This document shows positions 57,154-64,000 of a stretch of DNA of 64,000 bases, piece after piece. A program made the translations under genes and the position numbers. A model generated the notes under the pieces. It did not search any database. It had not been told where the DNA came from and worked only from the letters and a program-made list of their open reading frames with translations. Source of the stretch: an uncultured Alphaproteobacteria bacterium (GTDB taxonomy: Bacteria; Pseudomonadota; Alphaproteobacteria; HIMB59; GCA-002718135); the NCBI GenBank assembly GCA_902575375.1, contig CACGRD010000003.1, positions 300-64,299 on the forward strand. Direction: 5' to 3'. Numbering within the stretch: position 1 is the stretch's first letter; every line of letters begins with the position of its first letter.

Positions 57154-57313
57154 CGCAAACTAAAGCAATAATTAGAAAAAAATTCATAAATCTTTTTCTA
57201 TTTTTGACCTGCTGATCATTTAATTCTTTATTTCTGGAAAGATAATATAAATAGCATCCAATTGCGAAGGCTACAAATCCTCCAAGATAAGCGTACCATT
57301 GTAACTCAGTCAT
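57134..57313 (-). CDS. possible small 2-TM membrane protein (59 aa, below the ORF-track cutoff)
   Basis: Hand translation gives MTELQWYAYLGGFVAFAIGCYLYYLSRNKELNDQQVKNRKRFMNFFLIIALVCVGYSWL. Confidence 0.3.
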   Translation of the reverse strand: MTELQWYAYLGGFVAFAIGCYLYYLSRNKELNDQQVKNRKRFMNFFLIIALVCVGYSWL

Positions 57314-57362
57314 TTATTTAATTTATATATTATTATATAAAAAATTATAATTTTTTTTAATA

Positions 57363-58391
57363 ATGCCTTACAAAGCTAATACAAATAGATATCAAAAATT
57401 AATTTACAGAAGATGTGGTAATAGTGGATTACTATTACCTCCTATTACACTTGGACTTTGGCATAATTTTGGTGGCAAAAAATCTATGACTAATGAATCT
57501 AAAAAAATGCTTTTTAGAGCATTTGATAGAGGTGTGACACATTTTGATTTAGCTAACAATTATGGACCACCTTATGGTTCAGCTGAAATTAATTTTGGTA
57601 AAGTAATGAATTCAGATTTAAATAAATACAGAGATGAATTAATTATATCAACTAAAGCTGGATACGATATGTGGCCTGGACCATACGGTGAATGGAGTTC
57701 AAAAAAATATCTTACAGCAAGCCTTGATCAAAGTTTGAAGAGAATGAATTTAGAATATGTAGATATATTTTATTCCCATCGTTTTGATCCATTAACTCCA
57801 CTAGAAGAAACTGCTGATGCCTTAACTCAAGCAATTAGAAGTGGTAAAGCATTATATGTTGGAATTTCATCTTATAGTTCAAAGCAAACAATTAAAATGG
57901 ATAAATTATTAAAAGAAAGAGGAGTTAGTTGCCTCATTCATCAACCATCTTATTCTATGATAAATAGATGGGTTGAAAAAGATTTACTTACAACTCTTAA
58001 AAAATTAGGTATAGGCTGTATAGCTTTCTCTCCACTAGCACAGGGAATGCTATCAGGTAAATATATGAAATCTATCCCAAAAATTTCTAGAATTTCCGAT
58101 AACTCATCTCTTAATAAGAAAATGATTACCAAAAGTTATTTAAAAAAAATAAAAGAACTAACAACAATAGCAAATAAAAGAGGTCAGACTTTACCTCAAA
58201 TGGCTTTATCTTGGGTTTTACGTCATCAAACAATGACTTCCGCTTTAATTGGTGCAAGGACTGTAAAGCAACTAGATGAATGTTTAGATAGTCAAAATAA
58301 TATGTACTTTTCAAAACAGGAATTAAAAGAAATCAATAAACATGCAAAAGAAGAAAAAATTAATTTGTGGGCTAAATCTAGTAAAGATTAA
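57363..58391 (+). CDS. aldo/keto reductase (YghZ/Gpr-like)
   Basis: YRRCGNSGLLLPPITLGLWHNFG, HFDLANNYGPPYGSAE and YVDIFYSHRFD blocks. Confidence 0.85.
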   Translation: MPYKANTNRYQKLIYRRCGNSGLLLPPITLGLWHNFGGKKSMTNESKKMLFRAFDRGVTHFDLANNYGPPYGSAEINFGKVMNSDLNKYRDELIISTKAGYDMWPGPYGEWSSKKYLTASLDQSLKRMNLEYVDIFYSHRFDPLTPLEETADALTQAIRSGKALYVGISSYSSKQTIKMDKLLKERGVSCLIHQPSYSMINRWVEKDLLTTLKKLGIGCIAFSPLAQGMLSGKYMKSIPKISRISDNSSLNKKMITKSYLKKIKELTTIANKRGQTLPQMALSWVLRHQTMTSALIGARTVKQLDECLDSQNNMYFSKQELKEINKHAKEEKINLWAKSSKD

Positions 58392-58413
58392 AATTAAAAG
58401 CTATTTGTGAATT

Positions 58414-59268
58414 TTAATTATAACTCTTCCAAGAATATTCTGGATTAAATCCTAAAACCTTTTTAGCTTTCTGATTACTTAATAGTGTTTTATTTTTTCC
58501 AATATCTCCCTTAATGTTAATATTAGGAAATACTTTATCTAAAAGTGATTTATTATCCTCATTCATTACTGTGTCATCGGCTGCTATAATAAAATTATCT
58601 GCACCTTGCAATTTACTTTCCATAGCTAATAAACAAGCTTGTGCAACATCTCTGGCATCAATGTATCCCCACAAATTCCATTTTCTTAAATATGGATCAT
58701 TTTGAAATGATTTGAATTGTTTGTAATCATGTTCTTCCATTATATTAGAATAACGAAGTCCAATAATTTTCATATCAGGGTTTCTTCTGCAAAATTGTCT
58801 TGCCATTTCTTCTCCTATAACTTTAGAAAGAGAATAACTAGATTCTGGTCGAGGATCATAATTTTCATCAACAGGTACATAAGGCGGATAAGTATCAAAA
58901 GGTAAGCCTAGCACTGTTTCACTTGATGCCCAAACTATATTATTTATTTTCATAACTTTAGAAGCTTGAAATATGTTATAAGTACTTAAAGTATTTACTC
59001 TAAATGTCTTATGATTAACTTCTAACCCAGAAGCTGGAATTGCAGCTTGATGTATAACTGCATCTATTCCATTAATACGATCATCTATTTCAGAAACAGA
59101 CTCTATAGCTTCTCCAAAATTTTCTAAATTAACTTTAGTAAAAGGAACTTGTAATGCAGGATGATCGACTAAATCTACATTGAATACATTATAATTTTTT
59201 TTCAATAGTAATTTTATTGTTGCTCTTCCTGCTTTACCAGAACCACCTGTAACTAAAATATTTATCAT
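58414..59268 (-). CDS. NAD-dependent epimerase/dehydratase (extended SDR)
   Basis: ILVTGGSGKAGR Rossmann motif and the YSLSK catalytic Y-x-x-x-K. Confidence 0.8.
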   Translation of the reverse strand: MINILVTGGSGKAGRATIKLLLKKNYNVFNVDLVDHPALQVPFTKVNLENFGEAIESVSEIDDRINGIDAVIHQAAIPASGLEVNHKTFRVNTLSTYNIFQASKVMKINNIVWASSETVLGLPFDTYPPYVPVDENYDPRPESSYSLSKVIGEEMARQFCRRNPDMKIIGLRYSNIMEEHDYKQFKSFQNDPYLRKWNLWGYIDARDVAQACLLAMESKLQGADNFIIAADDTVMNEDNKSLLDKVFPNINIKGDIGKNKTLLSNQKAKKVLGFNPEYSWKSYN

Positions 59269-59340
59269 AAAATAGTACTTTAATAATTAATTTATAAAGA
59301 ATCATTAAAATTTTGATATTATTTATAAAAAGGAGATTTT

Positions 59341-59766
59341 ATGGCTCAACATATTCTTGAAGCAGGCGGAATATTACCCTTCACTTTTCATGTTTTATTC
59401 ATGCTTTTCAATGCTTTTGTTATTTATCAATTTTTTTTAAATAATAAATTTTACGATGAACTTGGCTTTTCAAATGAAGAACCAAAAACAATATTTAGAG
59501 GTGTTTTAGGTGTATTATTTTTAGCAATGCTTTTGATGTCTATACTTCTAACCTTTGATGTAACTGGAAATACATATGATGAAAATCTAATTCAATATGA
59601 ATTCTGGTATTCATTTTTATTGATGCTTTTTACATTTGCTACTATTAATGGAGTATTGCGAACATTCAATTTAGTCAATAATTATGGTTTTAAACCTAAT
59701 ATCAGAGGTTTAATATTTCCATTGGTTGGTTTAATTCTAATAGTATTAAAACTTATTACTACTTAA
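59341..59766 (+). CDS. 4-TM membrane protein, unknown function
   Basis: RBS AAGGAG and the hydrophobicity pattern. Confidence 0.5.
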   Translation: MAQHILEAGGILPFTFHVLFMLFNAFVIYQFFLNNKFYDELGFSNEEPKTIFRGVLGVLFLAMLLMSILLTFDVTGNTYDENLIQYEFWYSFLLMLFTFATINGVLRTFNLVNNYGFKPNIRGLIFPLVGLILIVLKLITT

Positions 59767-59782
59767 AAAATTTAATTTTAGA

Positions 59783-59810
59783 AAAAGGCGGTTCATTGAA
59801 ATCGCCTTTT
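59783..59810. terminator. bidirectional intrinsic terminator between convergent genes
   Basis: AAAAGGCG (59783-59790) pairs with CGCCTTTT (59803-59810) around a 12-nt loop. Confidence 0.6.
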
Positions 59811-60201
59811 AATTAAAGTAATTTCTTATTTTATTTCTTGAAGCAAAATGTAAGATTAAAGAAACTATAAATAAAAATAAAACAAAATAGTATTCTCTAA
59901 ATGCAACTTGACTAGTATAAAAAACAAATAAACAACAAACTGTAAATGATTTAATATAAATTTCTAAAAACTGTATGGGATACAATTTTTCTGATTGTAG
60001 AAAAAGATATCTAAAACCAAAGTAAGCAAAAGTTAGAAAAACAGCCAATCTGACTGAAGTAATTCTGTGATATGGTATTTCTTGTATTTCAACTATAGTG
60101 AATGGAAAATAGATAGTTACACCAATAATCTCTGCAATTATAAATACTAATGCCCATAAACTTAAAATACCAATTATAATTTTTGCTAATATTTTTGCCA
60201 T
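59809..60201 (-). CDS. 4-TM membrane protein, unknown function
   Basis: Hydrophobicity pattern only. Confidence 0.45.
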   Translation of the reverse strand: MAKILAKIIIGILSLWALVFIIAEIIGVTIYFPFTIVEIQEIPYHRITSVRLAVFLTFAYFGFRYLFLQSEKLYPIQFLEIYIKSFTVCCLFVFYTSQVAFREYYFVLFLFIVSLILHFASRNKIRNYFN

Positions 60202-60319
60202 AATAAAAAAGTATGGTCTTTTTTTACAAGGTTTTTGACCAACCTATAATATTATTTTAACTAAATTTTAATAAAAAATATATTAATATTGATTAGTTTG
60301 CAGAAAACTAAGTTATTTC

Positions 60320-60715
60320 TTACCTAAAATTGTCTTTAATTGGCGAAAAATATAAAAGAATCAAAATTGCACCACTAATCAATCCGCCAATTTGATCAAG
60401 CATACCGCTAAAAGCAGTATAGATAACAGAACCACTAAAATAATTCAGTATTATGCCAGCAACTACTAAAAATAAATATAGTGGTTTGCCATAAGAGGTA
60501 AATCTATAAAGTAGGTTTAAGGTAAGTAAATATAAAAGGAATAAACTAATAGAAACTATTCGAGAAAAATTTTCAAAATTTGATAATAATCCATCATTTA
60601 AATTTTCATAAAGATTCGAAATTTCATATGGTTGATACATAGATGATATCACCATTAAAATTATAACAATAAAATCAACTAAAATTAAATTCTTAAAGAT
60701 TTTTTCAATTTCCAT
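60320..60715 (-). CDS. 4-TM membrane protein, unknown function
   Basis: Hydrophobicity pattern only. Confidence 0.45.
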   Translation of the reverse strand: MEIEKIFKNLILVDFIVIILMVISSMYQPYEISNLYENLNDGLLSNFENFSRIVSISLFLLYLLTLNLLYRFTSYGKPLYLFLVVAGIILNYFSGSVIYTAFSGMLDQIGGLISGAILILLYFSPIKDNFR

Positions 60716-60863
60716 TACTTACAGATAGGATAGCTTATGTATAAAATAAAGCTAATTATTAATTATAATGAAGAAATGGTTTTTAAAAATCAAAAATAAA
60801 CAGTAATTGTTTTTATTTTGGTACATTTTTTTCCTACTTTATTTATTGATGCTTAACAAATTT

Positions 60864-61703
60864 TTATTGTTGAGAATTATTTTCTAGTGTTTGAACGTGT
60901 ATATCTAAGTTTTCAATCAAATTGTTCTGTCCATTATGTCCATAGAAAACTCCTTTTATAGGTGCAGCATCACTTGCATCAAGTCCACAAGATACTCTAA
61001 TATATCTTTCATCTGGGCTGCATCCATTAGTGGGGTCAAAACCAACCCAACCTAGATCATCTATAAAAAATTCTGCCCATGCATGTGTCGATTGAAATTC
61101 TGATGAATGTGAATTATTGTGCATGTAACCGTTTACATATCTAGCAGGTATATTGATTGTTCTAGCAGCTGAAACCATTATGTGTGCTTGATCCTGACAG
61201 ACTCCTTTTTTTTGATTATAAGCTGCCTGAGCTGTTGTTTCATTATTTGTTGAAAGAGGTTTATATTCAACTTTTTCTCTTACTAAATTCATTAAATTGT
61301 GAGAAATTAATAAACTTTCATCCTCTTTAAAGCCGTTTTTTGCTTCTAAAGCTAAATTTTTTATATCTACATCTGGAATAGTTAGATTTGAATCCCTTAA
61401 ATAAACACATGGATCTAATTTATCATCTGGATTAAAATAGACCCCCTTTGTGTCAAAAGTTTCTACTTTACCAAGAACAGTAAACTGAATTTTTTTTACT
61501 TTCTTTAAACTAGTAAAACTTTGTATATTATTTGCTTCTCCATCTTTATAAATTGCAGATTTTGCAGCTGAGTCATGATGAACGTTCCAATCTAAAATTT
61601 TTAAGCCGTTATATTCAGACGGATAAAGTTTTGTAGATTGTATAAGACCAGCTACAGGATTCTTATATTCATATTTTGTTGTATGCTCAATTATTATTTC
61701 CAT
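60864..61703 (-). CDS. transglutaminase-like cysteine protease-fold protein (COG1305-type)
   Basis: GVCQDQAH (Cys nucleophile), THAWAEF (His) and GFDPTNG (Asp). Confidence 0.8.
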   Translation of the reverse strand: MEIIIEHTTKYEYKNPVAGLIQSTKLYPSEYNGLKILDWNVHHDSAAKSAIYKDGEANNIQSFTSLKKVKKIQFTVLGKVETFDTKGVYFNPDDKLDPCVYLRDSNLTIPDVDIKNLALEAKNGFKEDESLLISHNLMNLVREKVEYKPLSTNNETTAQAAYNQKKGVCQDQAHIMVSAARTINIPARYVNGYMHNNSHSSEFQSTHAWAEFFIDDLGWVGFDPTNGCSPDERYIRVSCGLDASDAAPIKGVFYGHNGQNNLIENLDIHVQTLENNSQQ

Positions 61704-62638
61704 TAATTAAAAAACTCCTTTTGAATGTCGGAGTCTACGCTTGAAATTTTATGAATAAATTGTGTAACAAATTCATGTAGACCAAAATCAACAATCGACT
61801 CAATTTTTTCTTCTTGAATTTTTGTATTTAAATCTTTTAAGGTATTATAAATTTTAGTAACCTTTTCTGGACTACAAGTTAAATTAGTTAAGTGTTTCAC
61901 AATATTTTGAATACAAAAACTAAGAGATCTTGGACAATCACTGTTTAAAACTAAAAAATCAGCAATCTTAGTTGAGGTAACATTTCCATCATAGGCCCAT
62001 CGAAAGGCATTAAATGATGATAATGACCTAAGTAGGATACTCCATTGCATGTTATCAATATTGCCTCCAATGTATTGAGGCTTAGGAAGTAATACAAAAT
62101 ATTTAACGTCCAATAATCTTGCAGAATTATCTGCTCTTTCAACAAATAATCCTAAATAAAGGAAGTTATAACCATCATTTCTTAATAAAGAACTTAAAGA
62201 ACCTCTAAATAAATTTACTTGCTCTATTGTCCATTCAGTTAAGTTTGGTAGGTCTGATGCATTAAAATTATTATTTTTTAATTTTAAAATTTCTTGATAA
62301 GTTTTGTTAATTGCTAGCCATGACTCAGGTGTGAAAGATGTTCTTACAACTAAAGCATTATTTCTAGCATTTAGTATGCAATTATAAACTGAAGAAGGAT
62401 TATCTTCATCAAAAAATAAATAATCTTCAACTTTTTTTTGTTCAATAATATCATATTTATTTTTGTATCCTTGTATTGCACCTGCTGCAGCTAAAACAGA
62501 CTCCCATTCATTATTATAACCATTTGGATTAGGAAATAATGACATTCTGTAACCAACATCTAAAAGTCTAGCATTAGTTTCAGCTCTCTCCATATACCTA
62601 CTAATCCAATAAAGGTACTCAGCCGTTCTACTTAACAT
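61703..62638 (-). CDS. alpha-E domain protein (DUF403 / COG2307)
   Basis: LSRTAEYLYWISRYMERAETNARLLDV, with a second copy of the motif, GLFVERADNSARLLDV. Confidence 0.7.
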   Translation of the reverse strand: MLSRTAEYLYWISRYMERAETNARLLDVGYRMSLFPNPNGYNNEWESVLAAAGAIQGYKNKYDIIEQKKVEDYLFFDEDNPSSVYNCILNARNNALVVRTSFTPESWLAINKTYQEILKLKNNNFNASDLPNLTEWTIEQVNLFRGSLSSLLRNDGYNFLYLGLFVERADNSARLLDVKYFVLLPKPQYIGGNIDNMQWSILLRSLSSFNAFRWAYDGNVTSTKIADFLVLNSDCPRSLSFCIQNIVKHLTNLTCSPEKVTKIYNTLKDLNTKIQEEKIESIVDFGLHEFVTQFIHKISSVDSDIQKEFFN

Positions 62639-62644
62639 TTGATC

Positions 62645-64000
62645 TCATTCTGCTAAAACCCATGTATCTTTCACTCCTCCACCTTGACTAGAATTAACAA
62701 CGAAAGATCCTTCATTCATTGCAACTCTTGTTAAACCGCCAGAACTTAATTGTGCGTTTTCACCCATTAAACAAAAAGGTCTCAAATCAACTCTCCTCCC
62801 CTCAACTTGATTTTTAATCAGTGTTGGAGAAAAGGACAGATCTAAGAGTGGTTGAGCAATATATCCTCTAGGATTTGTAGAAAGTTTTCTTCTAAATTCT
62901 TCAATGGAAGATTTTGATGATTTTGGACCTATTAGCATTCCATATCCTCCAGATCCGTCAACTTCTTTTACGACAAGATCGGATAAGTTATCTAACACAT
63001 AAGTAAGATCATTGTTTTTGTCACAACTCCAAGTTTGAACATTCTCTAATATTGGCTGTTCTCCTAAATAAAATTTTATCATTTCTGGAACATAAACATA
63101 AATTGCTTTGTCATCTGCTATCCCTGCACCTGGAGCTGAACAGATATTAACTCCTCCGTTTCTGTAAACATCCATTATACCTGGTATACCAATTACTGAA
63201 TTGGGATTAAAACAAAGAGGATCTAGAAATTCATCATCTATCCTTCTATACACAACATCTACTTTTTTAGGACCATCTACTGTTTTCATATAAAGATATT
63301 CACCTTCAACAAATAAATCAGTAGACTCAACCATTTCAATTCCCATTTGATCAGATAAAAAACTATGTTCGTAATAAGCGCTATTCAATGGACCTGGAGT
63401 AAGAAGTACACATACAGGCTCTGAAGAGTTACATTTAATTGGAGCTAAACTCATTAATGTTTGCAGTAATCTTGTTGGATAATCGTCAATAGGCGTAACA
63501 CGATTTTTATGAAATAAATCTGGAAACATTCTCATCATTATTTCTCTATTTTCTAACATGTATGATACTCCGCTAGGTGTTCTGCAATTATCTTCTAATA
63601 CAAAATATTCATTATGATTTGTTCGCACTAAATCTATACCTATAATTGGGCTATAAATTGATCTAGGTGGTGTAAAACCAAACATAGAAACTTCGTAAGA
63701 TTTTTTTTTAAAAATTAATTCCTTAGGTATAATATTAGCTTTTATTATTTCACCTTGATTATAAATATCTGCCAAAAAAGCATTTAGAGCTTTTGCTCTT
63801 TGTATTACTCCTTTTTCTAATTTAGACCATTCACTAAATGTAAAAATTCTTGGAATTAAATCAAAAGGAATTATTCTTTCCCTAGCAGTTTCACTATTAG
63901 TTGAAAATGTTATACCTATATTTCTAAAGTGAGTCTCTGCTTCGGCATTTTTTTCATTAATCACTTTAGCAGTCATTTTTTCCAACCACTCATTAATATT
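62645..64000 (-). CDS. circularly permuted ATP-grasp type 2 protein (COG2308), N-terminus probably outside the window
   Basis: Blocks RTPSGVSYMLENR, VDVVYRRIDDEFLDP, NICSAPGAGIADDKAIY, VVKEVDGSGGYGMLIGP and YIAQP. The frame stays open to nt 64000. Confidence 0.75.
   Translation of the reverse strand, partial: NINEWLEKMTAKVINEKNAEAETHFRNIGITFSTNSETARERIIPFDLIPRIFTFSEWSKLEKGVIQRAKALNAFLADIYNQGEIIKANIIPKELIFKKKSYEVSMFGFTPPRSIYSPIIGIDLVRTNHNEYFVLEDNCRTPSGVSYMLENREIMMRMFPDLFHKNRVTPIDDYPTRLLQTLMSLAPIKCNSSEPVCVLLTPGPLNSAYYEHSFLSDQMGIEMVESTDLFVEGEYLYMKTVDGPKKVDVVYRRIDDEFLDPLCFNPNSVIGIPGIMDVYRNGGVNICSAPGAGIADDKAIYVYVPEMIKFYLGEQPILENVQTWSCDKNNDLTYVLDNLSDLVVKEVDGSGGYGMLIGPKSSKSSIEEFRRKLSTNPRGYIAQPLLDLSFSPTLIKNQVEGRRVDLRPFCLMGENAQLSSGGLTRVAMNEGSFVVNSSQGGGVKDTWVLAE

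Noticed and set aside
1-64000. A search for CRISPR arrays, rRNA or tRNA genes, IS elements or transposases, and long tandem repeats.
   Set aside because: None is visible by eye. There are no regularly spaced direct repeats, no transposase-like ORF, and no GC-rich block of rRNA or tRNA size. A tRNAscan, Infernal or repeat-finder run would be needed to exclude small elements.

Overview
The window is very AT-rich (roughly 30% GC by eye) and gene-dense, with short intergenic spacers, many overlapping start/stop codons and no rRNA, tRNA, CRISPR array or IS/transposase that I could detect. The gene content fits a streamlined marine alphaproteobacterium of the SAR11 type: a DmdA-like GcvT enzyme, a full urease cluster, ABC uptake systems and many small membrane proteins. 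ORF 40942-41643 is a bacterial voltage-gated Na+ channel with TLSSWE at residues 178-183. From memory, that matches NavRh of strain HIMB114 (SAR11 subclade IIIa), so the source is probably that organism or a close relative. Most of the window is ordinary metabolism and transport. It includes a DhaK / LacD-like aldolase / dehydrogenase / enolase-superfamily cluster, ureDABCEFG, a sugar ABC transporter with an FGGY kinase, and an ATP-grasp / alpha-E / transglutaminase triad. The accessory part is a likely genomic island starting at a tyrosine integrase (25031-26089). It carries a compositionally foreign sirtuin (about 42-48% GC), a small-terminase-like HTH protein, and a Type III-like restriction-modification operon. 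An uncharacterised 243-aa gene sits between mod and res in that operon and is translationally coupled to both. Upstream on the same strand lie a Cas4/RecB-like PD-(D/E)xK nuclease and two small membrane proteins. This mod-X-res module and its neighbours are my best candidate for an undescribed system. Other observations: a cluster of two class III cyclases, a cNMP-binding MscS channel and a Kv-type channel; an in-frame TGA followed by a coding-like 27-codon extension; a frameshifted YczE-like gene; and a terminator-containing leader that may be an attenuator, riboswitch or sRNA. All functional calls rest on motifs I recognised by eye. No database search was run.
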